Below are positions 7,673-17,308 of a stretch of 50,830 nucleotides of DNA, in pieces; position 1 is the first letter of the stretch; each line of letters begins with the position of its first letter. Under the pieces are notes generated by a model, which searched no databases, was not told the origin of the DNA, and saw only the letters and a list, made by a program, of their open reading frames with translations. Position numbers and translations under genes: made by a program. This DNA comes from a virus. Its lineage: Duplodnaviria; Caudoviricetes. The DNA lies in the IMG/VR virus record IMGVR_UViG_3300037521_000133, positions 1 through 50,830 of that record; one strand, 5' to 3'.

Positions 7673-8197
7673 ATGAACGGAGAAGTAAAAATGGAAATGA
7701 ATATTAGCGATGAAGAATTGCAATATCAAGTTAAACAATTAGTTCGAGAGCTTTGCGAAAGTGAAATCAAGAAGATGATAAAGAATACGGCTCAGTCAAT
7801 GGTAGATAAAGAGATTTCTAAAATAATTCATCCTTTGGTTTTGTCAGAACTTACAGAAGGTAAACACGATTTCATTGGGAACTATCACAATTACAAGCAC
7901 AAAGGAACGTTAGATTCAAAATTAAGAATCATGATCAAGAAACAACTTGATTTGCCCGTATACAACTACAATCCTGAAGCTAAAAAGCTATCGCAAAAAT
8001 ATACCGCTGCACACAGTGATTCGAACCCATCATTAATTGAAATGGTCGTTAAAAACGAAGCTGAAAAAATTATATTCAGTACCGTTGTTCCAGAGGTCGA
8101 AACATTGGTTAAAAAGTTCATTCAAGACAAGGAAGAAATAGCCAAATTAGTTGCTAGTAAATCAAAGGAATTATTAGCAGGCACTTTAAAATCATAA
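7673..8197 (+). CDS. Hypothetical protein
   Basis: ORF; ATG at 7673 has the typical AATTATG context. Confidence 0.7.
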   Translation: MNGEVKMEMNISDEELQYQVKQLVRELCESEIKKMIKNTAQSMVDKEISKIIHPLVLSELTEGKHDFIGNYHNYKHKGTLDSKLRIMIKKQLDLPVYNYNPEAKKLSQKYTAAHSDSNPSLIEMVVKNEAEKIIFSTVVPEVETLVKKFIQDKEEIAKLVASKSKELLAGTLKS

Positions 8198-8199
8198 CC

Positions 8200-8733
8200 A
8201 TGTATTTAGTAACCACAAGAACAGCAACCGACCCAATAGCCGTAGAATATTGGGTAGACGAATTGAGAGCCTATTTAAGGAGTGATATAATCAACAAGAT
8301 GACTGATGAGTTTACAGGAGCAATTGTTGAGGAAATGACAGATTTATATGGTAAAGTTGCACAAGATCAACATGAAGATTATCCAGATTTTTACATTGAG
8401 TACACTTGGAAGAACAAAAACCAGCTAAGTGGAATTTCATGTGATGTTGAAATAGCTTTGAATATTTGGATCAAATGCGAGTTAGAAGTTCGCCTAGATG
8501 TAAATGGGAGCGATGTAAGCTACGTTGTCAAGTTGGGGGGTGTAATCTACCAAGATGAGGAAAAGGGCGACATACCACTTCATTTAAATAGCAAAACCAC
8601 CGAACTTCTACAACAACTCATATCTGAAGATTCAGCAGAAAAAGAATACTTCCACCAACATGACAGTGAAGAAGTAGACGAAGCAAATAGGCTTTCGTTA
8701 GAAGATAGTCAACCAAACGTAAATACACTTTAA
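8200..8733 (+). CDS. Acidic hypothetical protein
   Basis: 177 aa, D/E-rich. Confidence 0.7.
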   Translation: MYLVTTRTATDPIAVEYWVDELRAYLRSDIINKMTDEFTGAIVEEMTDLYGKVAQDQHEDYPDFYIEYTWKNKNQLSGISCDVEIALNIWIKCELEVRLDVNGSDVSYVVKLGGVIYQDEEKGDIPLHLNSKTTELLQQLISEDSAEKEYFHQHDSEEVDEANRLSLEDSQPNVNTL

Positions 8734-8734
8734 T

Positions 8735-8998
8735 ATGGAATTCAAAGGAACAAAAGAAGACGCTTTAAGGTATTTAGACGTTTTCCACGCATTAGAGCCT
8801 AAATATGGGACGGTAGAAATTACATGTGAAGGATTAGCAGATCATATGATAATGTTCCATCAGCACTGCAAAACAGATGTAGAAAAAGCAGCCCCCGAAT
8901 TGTTAGAGTTTGCAATGGAAATGGTAAAGAGATACCCTAACAGCCCTTGGATATATGAGCAAGGACAAAAAGCAATTAACAAAGCACTAAACAAATAG
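8735..8998 (+). CDS. Hypothetical phage protein
   Basis: AAPELLE...AINKAL motif common in small phage proteins. Confidence 0.7.
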   Translation: MEFKGTKEDALRYLDVFHALEPKYGTVEITCEGLADHMIMFHQHCKTDVEKAAPELLEFAMEMVKRYPNSPWIYEQGQKAINKALNK

Positions 8999-9002
8999 AA
9001 AA

Positions 9003-9278
9003 ATGGCAAAAGTAAAACTAGAACAGGAAAACGGAGAGATGTCATCCATGATCAAAATACTAATGTCGGCGAATGACACAAATTTAATGAAGGTTTGCTA
9101 TGAACACAAATTGAATTATTCGAGTACCGACAAACGGATTAGAGCTAAGAAAGTAGATTTGGCGTTCTTAAAAGACTTGATAGGCAAGATAGATCCAAAA
9201 GCGAAGTTTTCCGTAGACGTGAATATTTCCCTCACAGCAAACGGGAAAGAGATTTTTAACCAAAAAACCGAGAAGTAA
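9003..9278 (+). CDS. Hypothetical protein, possible HTH regulator
   Basis: 91 aa; helical pattern NLMKVCYEHKLNYSSTDKRI loosely resembles a Cro/Xre HTH. Confidence 0.4.
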   Translation: MAKVKLEQENGEMSSMIKILMSANDTNLMKVCYEHKLNYSSTDKRIRAKKVDLAFLKDLIGKIDPKAKFSVDVNISLTANGKEIFNQKTEK

Positions 9279-9931
9279 TGAGCGAAAATAATTTACCGGC
9301 GTTAGTTGATATTATAGAGGGCAATGCGCTGACGAAAAAAGAAAATCAGTTAATGGTTATTCTGAATCAACCACCTCCTGAAAAATGGCTAAAGAATCAT
9401 CCGTTTGTAACTGGTCACAGATATTTAGCGATAGAACATGTTGAATATCTTTTGACGGCTATTTACACGAAATGGTGGGTCGAAGTTTTAAGTTCTAAGG
9501 TAGTGGCCAACTCGATGGTTGTTGAGGTAAGGGTGTTTGTAAAGAATCCATTGACGGGTGAAATTGAACACCAAGACGGAATAGGAGCTGCACCAATTCA
9601 AACTGAAGCTAAAACCGCTGCAATGGATTTAAGCAACGTTAAAACTAGCGGCGTTCAAATGGCTGCTCCAATGGCTAAAACTTATGCAATCAAAGATGCA
9701 GCAGAGGAATTCGGTAAAATATTCGGTAGGGATGTTTCCAGGAAGAACCAATTGAATTATGACAAGCTTTTGAAAAAGGATGTAGATCCGATGGTAGACA
9801 GATTTTCAAAGTTGATTGATGCAGCGAAGACAACCGAAGATTTAGACGAATTAGGAACAAACGCAGATTTTCCAAAATCACTAAACAAAAAAATTGGAGA
9901 TCGTTATAACGAATTAAATAATCCTGAATAG
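9278..9931 (+). CDS. Single-strand annealing protein, Rad52/Sak-like
   Basis: YLAIEHVEYLL...WWVEV...DGIG...AKTYAIKDAAEEFGKIFGRD; adjacent to an exonuclease. Confidence 0.7.
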   Translation: MSENNLPALVDIIEGNALTKKENQLMVILNQPPPEKWLKNHPFVTGHRYLAIEHVEYLLTAIYTKWWVEVLSSKVVANSMVVEVRVFVKNPLTGEIEHQDGIGAAPIQTEAKTAAMDLSNVKTSGVQMAAPMAKTYAIKDAAEEFGKIFGRDVSRKNQLNYDKLLKKDVDPMVDRFSKLIDAAKTTEDLDELGTNADFPKSLNKKIGDRYNELNNPE

Positions 9932-9933
9932 TT

Positions 9934-10908
9934 ATGAAAGCAGAAATATTATTCCGTCCGTCTGAATGTGATCCGTTGTTATCTAAACCGAGAGATAAAT
10001 CTAATCGTGAGATTTACGATAAAACAGTTGATAGTTATCAGACAAATAAGCTCGAATACTTGAACATGAAGAACAAGGATACTAAAACGGCTGTAAAACT
10101 ATCTGATCTGATTGATCGATTCAAAAAGAAGATTGATGATCAAGAACGATTGAAAGACCTTCCACACTTCTCTGAAGGTGCTAAAAAGCTACTCAAGTCT
10201 AAAATGATTGAAATCCGTTGGGGTAGACGTAAGAACATTGATAACAAATACACAACCAAAGGGAAAGAACAAGAGGAAATTTCCGTCACTCTTTACTCGC
10301 TTATCAAGAATCGTATTTTCAAGAACAACAAAATTCGAGTTGTCAACGATTACTTTACAGGTGAAATAGATCTTCCTTGGTTCAATAAGCTTAAAGTAAT
10401 GTTTGCAATAACGGACGCTAAGAGCAGTTATGATGTTCATACCTTCTACGATAATGAAGATACCATTAAACGCGCTAATAAGACGCAAGGTTTGGGTTAT
10501 ATGGACTTATATCCAACAGTCAAACACTACCATATTGCAAATCTTCTTGTAAACAATACAAATGATGCAATCTTAGGGCTTATTCATAAAGAATCTTACA
10601 ATTGGAAAGATGGTGACGTTGCTCAATGGAGACAGATTGAAATAATCAAAGAGCATATTTTTGATCAAGACTCGTTTAATCAATTTTGTGGTTTCCAATT
10701 CTATACAGGAATAGACGAAGAAGGTCAAAAGCAATTTGAATCATTTGTTGAGATTCCGAAAGAGAATAGAATGATCGAACACACTTTTGAAAGAGATGAA
10801 AGTGAAATTGAGAATCTAAAAAAGCAAATTGATAAGGCGCGTATTTATATGAGTATGATTTACAACATTACTCAAGATGAAATTAAATCGTTTTACAAAA
10901 ACAAGTAA
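9934..10908 (+). CDS. YqaJ/lambda-exonuclease-like recombination nuclease
   Basis: KGKEQEE, TGEID, DAKSS, QGLGYM match the PD-(D/E)XK viral recombinase pattern. Confidence 0.7.
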   Translation: MKAEILFRPSECDPLLSKPRDKSNREIYDKTVDSYQTNKLEYLNMKNKDTKTAVKLSDLIDRFKKKIDDQERLKDLPHFSEGAKKLLKSKMIEIRWGRRKNIDNKYTTKGKEQEEISVTLYSLIKNRIFKNNKIRVVNDYFTGEIDLPWFNKLKVMFAITDAKSSYDVHTFYDNEDTIKRANKTQGLGYMDLYPTVKHYHIANLLVNNTNDAILGLIHKESYNWKDGDVAQWRQIEIIKEHIFDQDSFNQFCGFQFYTGIDEEGQKQFESFVEIPKENRMIEHTFERDESEIENLKKQIDKARIYMSMIYNITQDEIKSFYKNK

Positions 10909-11156
10909 TGTCGAAGCTGAAAGCAGTCAAGCACCTAGTAATCGAAATGGAGTTTCGGGATATGAGAGACTTCGATACGGCTATGGAGCAAATAAGAAAG
11001 CAAGTGCGAACTGGAGTCCAAGAATCAAAGCAAGTTCAGGATCATGTACGCTTTGAATATGGCATGTGCTACTTACAGGAATTCGATTGCAGAATAGAGA
11101 ATATTAACGGGGTTGAACATATTGTTATCCCATCAAAAATGAAAAGTTATGAGTAG
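10908..11156 (+). CDS. Hypothetical protein
   Basis: Start/stop overlaps with both neighbours. Confidence 0.65.
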   Translation: MSKLKAVKHLVIEMEFRDMRDFDTAMEQIRKQVRTGVQESKQVQDHVRFEYGMCYLQEFDCRIENINGVEHIVIPSKMKSYE

Positions 11157-11517
11157 AGAAAATAAATACAGAGCGTGGGATAGTAAGTACGAAAAGATGT
11201 ATTATTCGCATGGTGAAAATCCAAGAGTTAATTTGTTTCACGGGAAATGGGAAATAGATTTAGAAGGTGACAATGGCGACACTATTGGAACGGTTGAATG
11301 TGACGAAAAAACCTATCCACTAATGGAGTACATTGGATTAAAAGACAAGAACGGTGTTGAAATCTGTGAAGGTGATGTAGTTTTTGTTCCATACAATTAC
11401 ATAGGAAATCAGGTCGTCAGTTTTAACAAGGGAAAATATAATATTAGTAGTTACAATATTTCAAAGCTTAAAATAGTCGGCAACATTCACCAAGACCCTA
11501 AACTCCTAAAACAATGA
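11149..11517 (+). CDS. yopX: YopX family protein (paralog 2)
   Basis: RENKYRAWD, MEYIGLKDKNGVEICEGDV, IVGNIHQDPKLL. Confidence 0.9.
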   Translation: MSRENKYRAWDSKYEKMYYSHGENPRVNLFHGKWEIDLEGDNGDTIGTVECDEKTYPLMEYIGLKDKNGVEICEGDVVFVPYNYIGNQVVSFNKGKYNISSYNISKLKIVGNIHQDPKLLKQ

Positions 11518-11765
11518 AACCAACAATATTTGCGGGATTTCCTGATACTGTCAACCCTGAAAACTATTTCTTATCAACCTATTTACAAGGTGAGAATCTA
11601 TGTGAAACAAAGGGTTTAAGCTATGATCACTTTGATATGGTAAGCTTCTTTCGTGAGTCAAAATGCCAACTAACAAAGAGAGATATAGTACATGCAATAG
11701 GGTCGAGAGATTTAGAGAAGCAGAATGTGATATTAATTTTAAGAAAAAGGGTGAATAGTAACTAA
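11514..11765 (+). CDS. Hypothetical protein
   Basis: ATGA overlap with the upstream gene. Confidence 0.55.
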   Translation: MKPTIFAGFPDTVNPENYFLSTYLQGENLCETKGLSYDHFDMVSFFRESKCQLTKRDIVHAIGSRDLEKQNVILILRKRVNSN

Positions 11766-11776
11766 TAATTAAAGAG

Positions 11777-12136
11777 ATGAATACACTACACTTAAATTTA
11801 AAAAAGAAATGGTTTGATATGATACTGTCAGGCGAAAAGCAAGAAGAGTATAGAGACTTAACAATGTTTTGGGATGCAAGATTCACAGATAAAATCTGTT
11901 GTAATTCTGTGCTGGATGAACAAACGGGAAAGACTTGGCTGTACGATATTGATATTGAAGATATAGTTTGGAAACAATTTGATACTGTTACTTTCTCCAA
12001 CGGAATGGCAAAAAACGCACGAAGATTTGTTGTTGAATTCAAAGGTTTTGAAATCCGAGGCGGTAAACAAGAGTGGGGAGCAACTGACTATGGAGAATAC
12101 TTCGTTGTTAAGCTTGGTTCTCACCTTCCATTTTGA
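11777..12136 (+). CDS. ASCH domain protein
   Basis: LHLNLKKKWFDMILSGEKQEEYR matches the ASCH GxKxxExR motif. Confidence 0.85.
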   Translation: MNTLHLNLKKKWFDMILSGEKQEEYRDLTMFWDARFTDKICCNSVLDEQTGKTWLYDIDIEDIVWKQFDTVTFSNGMAKNARRFVVEFKGFEIRGGKQEWGATDYGEYFVVKLGSHLPF

Positions 12137-12173
12137 CAAACCCAACAAATAGTATTAACCAAAAACACCAATC

Positions 12174-12368
12174 ATGTTAAATCACGAATACACCACCAAA
12201 ACAATAGTATCATTCGGAATTCACCAAAACAAACCACTTGGAAAAGTTCCTGCAAGCTATCTTTTGTACTTATACGAGTCTCAAGATGGAATTACAAACG
12301 AAAAGCTCTTAAAGTATGTTGAGGACAATTACAGCAGACTTGAGAGTGAGAGAACTAAAGCAAATTGA
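12174..12368 (+). CDS. Small DUF3820-like protein
   Basis: FGIHQNKPLGKVPASYLLY resembles FGK(H/Y)xGxxxxxxPxxYLxW. Confidence 0.6.
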   Translation: MLNHEYTTKTIVSFGIHQNKPLGKVPASYLLYLYESQDGITNEKLLKYVEDNYSRLESERTKAN

Positions 12369-12370
12369 TT

Positions 12371-12754
12371 ATGAAAGAGACTGATATTCGTAAATATAGA
12401 CCTAGTAATGGAACAGAGGGGGATGGTTTTATGTCAAATCATTGCTATCAGTGTATTCATGAGAAGTTCATTCATACCAATCAACATGGTAAGCAGTGTG
12501 ATATTCTCGACAGAACTATGATGCATGGAGTAGATGACGAAGAATATCCTACAGAGTGGGTTTATAATGAGAACAATAAGCCGACTTGTACTAACTGGGA
12601 AAAATGGGATTGGGGCAATGATGGTGATCCTGATGACCCCGACAATCCAAAAGCTCCAGTTGTAGAAGATCCTAATCAATTATGTTTGCCATTTGAATTA
12701 ATGGCTATTGAGCAAGAAGAAACAAAAGAATTAGTTGAATTAAATAACGCATAA
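12371..12754 (+). CDS. Cys-containing hypothetical phage protein
   Basis: YRPSNGTEG..F...CYQC...C. Confidence 0.7.
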   Translation: MKETDIRKYRPSNGTEGDGFMSNHCYQCIHEKFIHTNQHGKQCDILDRTMMHGVDDEEYPTEWVYNENNKPTCTNWEKWDWGNDGDPDDPDNPKAPVVEDPNQLCLPFELMAIEQEETKELVELNNA

Positions 12755-12756
12755 CT

Positions 12757-13302
12757 ATGGAAATTCTAATATTAGACAAAGAAACAAGTGGCTTTAACAC
12801 CAACCGAAACAAGATTGTTGAAATCGGAATAACTGAACTCAACCTTGAAACGGGAGAACGAAAAATAATATTCGATCAAGTCATGAAAGAACCAGGATTA
12901 ACTTTAGCTGAATGTGAAAAGTCTTGGGTTTGTCAAAACTCAACTTTGGATCCAAAAACGATCATGGATTCATATCGACTTGATTTCCATCGAGGGAAAA
13001 TACAAGACTTATATCACAAGTACCCTTTGGGAGTTACTGCTTTCAATTCTGTGTTTGATTTCCGCTTTGCAGATAGTAGAGGCTTTATATACCACAAATT
13101 ACCGTGTTTAATGAAGCTTTGTAGACCTATTGTTGAAGCATTGGATAAAAACGGTAGGGTTAAAAATCCAAGTGCTCAGGAGGCTTATGATTTCTTCTTT
13201 CCTGATAGTGGATATGTTGAGTTACATAGAGCTGGAGATGATTCTTTTCATGAATCTGCAATAGCCTTAAAACTTTATGAATTGGGAATATTGATTGTTT
13301 AA
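12757..13302 (+). CDS. DEDDh 3'-5' exonuclease (DnaQ-like)
   Basis: ExoI LDKETSG, ExoII AFNSVFD, ExoIII HRAGDD. Confidence 0.9.
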   Translation: MEILILDKETSGFNTNRNKIVEIGITELNLETGERKIIFDQVMKEPGLTLAECEKSWVCQNSTLDPKTIMDSYRLDFHRGKIQDLYHKYPLGVTAFNSVFDFRFADSRGFIYHKLPCLMKLCRPIVEALDKNGRVKNPSAQEAYDFFFPDSGYVELHRAGDDSFHESAIALKLYELGILIV

Positions 13303-13327
13303 TTTGGAATTATCGAATTGTAATCAG

Positions 13328-13446
13328 TATATTGCGGTATCATAAAGTGGCTGGAAATCACAAATTTTTTATTGAGAGTAACCTGTATCAGAATGCCATT
13401 CCAGCGGCTACTGGTATAGGACTCTCAACGTTTAAAACATTTCATT
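13328..13446 (+). promoter_or_regulatory. Promoter plus kissing-loop leader, copy B (replication operon)
   Basis: TATATTGC; AAGTGG-CTGGAAA-TCACAAA; stem TTGAGAGT..CCTGTATCAG-AATGCC-ATTCCAGC-GGCTA-CTGGTATAGG-ACTCTCAA. Confidence 0.75.
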
Positions 13447-13881
13447 ATGAATAGAGAGGTTAAGTTTCGTGGAAAGCAAACATACGGTGGCTGGATTTAC
13501 GGTTATCTTTTTAAAGACATTCGTTCAAGGGGAGCGTTGGCATACATTATTAAAGCGGGATTTGTTCCAGCGGTTTCAATGCCTGTATCAAGATTTATTG
13601 AAGTCGATATTAAAACTATTGGACAGTTCACAGGATTAAAGGATAAAAACAACGTAGAGATTTACGAAGGTGATTATTTGGTAATAACTGGCGCAACAAT
13701 TAACGAATGGGACTTTGAAGGTGAGGTAGTATTTATTGACGGTACATTCTGCTTAAAATCTAAAAATCAACCTAAAAATAACACACATACTGAATGTGTA
13801 AAGATTTGGAATGATGGATCACACGACCATTACAGCCTAGAAATTATTGAATCATTTGAAATGGAGGTAAAAAAAGTGTGA
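13447..13881 (+). CDS. yopX: YopX family protein (paralog 3)
   Basis: [32 protein letters not shown]. Confidence 0.9.
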   Translation: MNREVKFRGKQTYGGWIYGYLFKDIRSRGALAYIIKAGFVPAVSMPVSRFIEVDIKTIGQFTGLKDKNNVEIYEGDYLVITGATINEWDFEGEVVFIDGTFCLKSKNQPKNNTHTECVKIWNDGSHDHYSLEIIESFEMEVKKV

Positions 13882-13882
13882 T

Positions 13883-14500
13883 ATGGCGAAATTAGGTTAT
13901 ACATGGTATCCAAAAGACTGGAACAACTCAGAAGCAGTATTTGAACTAAATTTAACTGAGCGCGGTTTATATCGGGAATTAATTGATTTGGCAATGCTTA
14001 ATGATAATAAAACTATTTCAAATATTTCAGTATGGCGTAGGCGGTGGGATGCTACAGAAGAAGAATTAAAGTCTATTCTTCTTAAGCTATCAAATTTAGG
14101 GCTTATAGAGGTTGAAGATCAAAACATATTTATACCAAGTTGTGAATCACGATTGAACTTATCACGCGGAGGTAAAAAAGGAGGTGAAAAGAAGCCTACC
14201 CCCAAGCCTGTAGTTAAGCCTACTGCGAAGCCTACCCCTAAGCAAAAGAAAGAAAAAGAAACTAAAGTAAAGGAATATAGAAAATTCGCACACTTGTCTT
14301 TATCAATTGAAGAGTTTGATAGTCTCAAAGAAGATTATACAAAAGAGCAAATTGATGAAATATTGGATTCGATAGAAAACTATGCTAAAAACACTGGTTA
14401 CAAATCATTAAATCTCACTGCTCGTAAATGGCTTAAAAAGGAATATCCTAAACCAAGTACAAATAAACCACAAATACTTAATTATGACCCTGTAAACTAA
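13883..14500 (+). CDS. Phage replication initiator (YdaU/DUF1376-like N-terminus)
   Basis: WYPKDW...[13 protein letters not shown]; low-complexity linker with iterons; C-terminal ARKWL; upstream of helicase. Confidence 0.75.
   Translation: MAKLGYTWYPKDWNNSEAVFELNLTERGLYRELIDLAMLNDNKTISNISVWRRRWDATEEELKSILLKLSNLGLIEVEDQNIFIPSCESRLNLSRGGKKGGEKKPTPKPVVKPTAKPTPKQKKEKETKVKEYRKFAHLSLSIEEFDSLKEDYTKEQIDEILDSIENYAKNTGYKSLNLTARKWLKKEYPKPSTNKPQILNYDPVN
14192..14275. repeat. Iteron-like repeats, candidate replication origin
   Basis: AAGCCT at 14192, 14204, 14216, 14228 and AAGC at 14240 (12-bp period), then an A-rich tract, inside the initiator gene. Confidence 0.6.
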
Positions 14501-15504
14501 TGTACACAAGACTAGAAGACATACAGACTGATTTACAAACTTTTCGAAAGAAGGGACTACAACGTGGTTATTCGATTGGTTGGGATTGGGATATGTTACC
14601 ACTAACGATAAAATTAGGATGTACAACCTACATGGGATCAGCACCAGTAAGTGGAAAATCTGAGTTGATTAAGGAAATACAGATAAATCTCAGCTGTCTT
14701 CATAACTTAAATCATGTGATATTCACTCCAGAGACAGGTGATCCAAAAGAGATATTTGCAGAACTTTGTCACTCTTACATAGGAAAACCATATTTGGAAG
14801 GTAAAAATTCAATGACGATTAGTGAATGTGCTCAAGCTGAATACTTCATTAACGAGCATTTTGTAATTATCGATCCTGTTGATGCTGATTTAACAATGAC
14901 AGAACTCTATGACATGGTGAATGGTATCGAAGATGATTTAGGGAAAAAAATACACACCACATTAATTGATCCATGGAATGAACTTTCTGAGGAATATATA
15001 ACAGCCGATTTAGGTAGAGAAGATAAATATTTGTCTAGGATTCTCGGTAAGGCTCGTAAAAACGCTAGAGCTACCAATCGACATCATTTTATAATAACCC
15101 ATGTTAGAGATCAAAACATGGTGTCTGTTGGTGAAGTTAGATACTTTCCCGCACCACACGCTAGAGAGTTTGCTGGCGGTCAAGTATGGTATAGAAAAGG
15201 GCTATTAATGATTATTCCTTGGAGACCACCGTTCGGATTAAGTGGAGACGACAATATTCAATATGAAAAAAACGAACTCCATTTGAAGATTGTCAAAGCT
15301 AAACCAAAAGGTGTTTCAAGAACAGGAACTTTCAAACTGTATTTAGACACTGATAAATATCAATATTACATGCTTCATCCTTTCGATAAAAAAAGGGTGT
15401 ATGCAGACAGGAAAGAAGGCGCACCAAAACCTGTAGAAATAGAACCTACTATAGATTTTGAAACAAATACGAACGATAACGGTAAAGACGATTTACCATT
15501 CTAA
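14500..15504 (+). CDS. SF4 (DnaB/gp4-like) replicative helicase domain
   Basis: Walker A SAPVSGKS, Walker B LIDPWNEL, IITH, KIVKAK. Confidence 0.8.
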   Translation: MYTRLEDIQTDLQTFRKKGLQRGYSIGWDWDMLPLTIKLGCTTYMGSAPVSGKSELIKEIQINLSCLHNLNHVIFTPETGDPKEIFAELCHSYIGKPYLEGKNSMTISECAQAEYFINEHFVIIDPVDADLTMTELYDMVNGIEDDLGKKIHTTLIDPWNELSEEYITADLGREDKYLSRILGKARKNARATNRHHFIITHVRDQNMVSVGEVRYFPAPHAREFAGGQVWYRKGLLMIIPWRPPFGLSGDDNIQYEKNELHLKIVKAKPKGVSRTGTFKLYLDTDKYQYYMLHPFDKKRVYADRKEGAPKPVEIEPTIDFETNTNDNGKDDLPF

Positions 15505-15514
15505 AACTATAATT

Positions 15515-16015
15515 ATGAAAAACGAAAAATTGTACACAGAAAAAACGATTAAGACAATTTCAGGACATTATATCAATGTATTCGATCCTGACCCTGAAAC
15601 AATAGATATTATTGATATAGCTCATTCTTTGAGTCAGACACCCAGATGGGGAGGTCATTTAAAACATTTCTATTCAGTTGCTCAGCACAGTATCAAAGTT
15701 TGCGAAAATTTGCCCGATAATTTGAAGTTAGAAGGTTTGTTACACGATGCAACTGAGGCGTATATTGGTGATATACCAAAACCAATAAAAAGAGGTATGC
15801 CTGATTATAATTTAATCGAAAAAAATTTAGATGTAGCAATCCGAAAAAAATTCAACTTAGATTTAACTCCATCAATACTTTTGAAAGAAGCAGATAAGAA
15901 AGAGTTGGAGTGGGAATGGGAAACACTGAAATTAAACCATATCAATTGCTACTCCGACATGAACTTAGTCAGAGATCAATTCCTCCAGATATTTAGAAAT
16001 TTAACCAATGACTAA
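15515..16015 (+). CDS. HD-domain phosphohydrolase (YfbR/5'-deoxynucleotidase-like)
   Basis: DIAHSL..PRWGGH, YSVAQHS, LLHDATEAYIGDIPKP. Confidence 0.9.
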   Translation: MKNEKLYTEKTIKTISGHYINVFDPDPETIDIIDIAHSLSQTPRWGGHLKHFYSVAQHSIKVCENLPDNLKLEGLLHDATEAYIGDIPKPIKRGMPDYNLIEKNLDVAIRKKFNLDLTPSILLKEADKKELEWEWETLKLNHINCYSDMNLVRDQFLQIFRNLTND

Positions 16016-16331
16016 AGCCCAACAAGATAAAACTGAACAGATATACGCTGACTTAATGTTACAGACCACCAACTGTTTGTTGACTGTCACAAGGTTAATG
16101 TTTCTTCGCGCTCAAATCATAGAAAAAACGCCTGATCGAAAAGACTTAATTCAGGATTTCGATAATATGATTGATAATTTGAATAGCGTTCACCGAGCAG
16201 AAGAAAACAAGACTTTAAAGCTAAAAGTTCTTACTAGAGCGGTCTATAATCGTAATATAAAAATAAGGGATTTGGAGTACGATCTTAAAAAGGCATTGAA
16301 AATGAACGAACACTTGATGGATGGAATCTAA
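16008..16331 (+). CDS. Coiled-coil hypothetical protein
   Basis: Overlapping operon ORF. Confidence 0.65.
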   Translation: MTKAQQDKTEQIYADLMLQTTNCLLTVTRLMFLRAQIIEKTPDRKDLIQDFDNMIDNLNSVHRAEENKTLKLKVLTRAVYNRNIKIRDLEYDLKKALKMNEHLMDGI

Positions 16332-16485
16332 AAGAGAATTTGAAATAGGGATTGAAGTAACGAGTAGCGTTATAATTGTCAAGAAAATAGAAGCCCACAC
16401 ACATTGGGAGGCTATAGAATTGCTCTACGTTCGTGAGGGATATCATGAATTGCAGCCCGACAGAAGCAAGTATAAAAAGGATTAA
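16321..16485 (+). CDS. Small hypothetical protein (54 aa, not in track)
   Basis: MESKREFEIG...; fills gap and overlaps the upstream stop. Confidence 0.5.
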   Translation: MESKREFEIGIEVTSSVIIVKKIEAHTHWEAIELLYVREGYHELQPDRSKYKKD

Positions 16486-16509
16486 TTGAATGGGTTAAAA
16501 CAGATAGAG

Positions 16510-16722
16510 ATGAATAGAGAAGAAGACCTAAAAGAATCAATAGAGATTCGAGACAAGTTAAAGGCTTTAATGGATGAATATTCTATTGGAGGCGCAATGG
16601 TTCGTACAGGATGGTTTAGAAAACCAATTATGCTTTCAGGTATTCCACCCCCACAATACATGATGGATTCGTATTTAGAGATGGAAAAACACATACAGGA
16701 ATTACAAACACAAAATAAATAA
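16510..16722 (+). CDS. Hypothetical protein
   Basis: ORF in operon; ATG at 16510. Confidence 0.6.
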   Translation: MNREEDLKESIEIRDKLKALMDEYSIGGAMVRTGWFRKPIMLSGIPPPQYMMDSYLEMEKHIQELQTQNK

Positions 16723-16732
16723 AAATAACACT

Positions 16733-16933
16733 ATGATAATAGGGAGAAAAATTAAAATGGTAAAGATGCCGAACTTTTTAAGTTTCGAGCAGAAAGCAGG
16801 AAAGCGTGAAGACGGGTTTAAAACAAATGACGCGATTGATGTGGGTGATTTAACCTCTGAGGAAGCTGAACAATTTTCTGACGAAATGAAACAGGCTTTT
16901 ATTGATCACTGGGATTCACTACATAATTCTTAA
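16733..16933 (+). CDS. Hypothetical protein
   Basis: 66 aa ORF. Confidence 0.6.
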   Translation: MIIGRKIKMVKMPNFLSFEQKAGKREDGFKTNDAIDVGDLTSEEAEQFSDEMKQAFIDHWDSLHNS

Positions 16934-16935
16934 AC

Positions 16936-17085
16936 ATGCAAGAACTACTTGAAAAAATAGCACAACTGGAAACATTGAATATGAACCTAGTTGATTTTAT
17001 TCTAGGGAGCCAAGCTCCAGAAATGGATAAGGATGATTTTGACACATACATAAAATGGAGAATCCAAAACGGGTTGTCTACTTAA
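16936..17085 (+). CDS. Small hypothetical protein (49 aa, not in track)
   Basis: MQELLEKIAQLE...; starts 2 nt after the previous stop. Confidence 0.5.
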   Translation: MQELLEKIAQLETLNMNLVDFILGSQAPEMDKDDFDTYIKWRIQNGLST

Positions 17086-17308
17086 ACCTTCGTAATGAAA
17101 GAGACTGAAAAAACACGAGAAGCAAAGACGTTTGTTGAGTCGTTTATTAAAGAGAATGAACGACCTTGAATTATGGAAAGAATGAAAGCAATCGGAAAAG
17201 GAAACTGGAAGACAATTGTAGAAGCTCCAAAGGGTGCTACAAGGGATCAACTAGAAAAGAAAGCCCGTAATACATTAAGGGTAATTACACTGTTAAAACT
17301 TAGGATAA

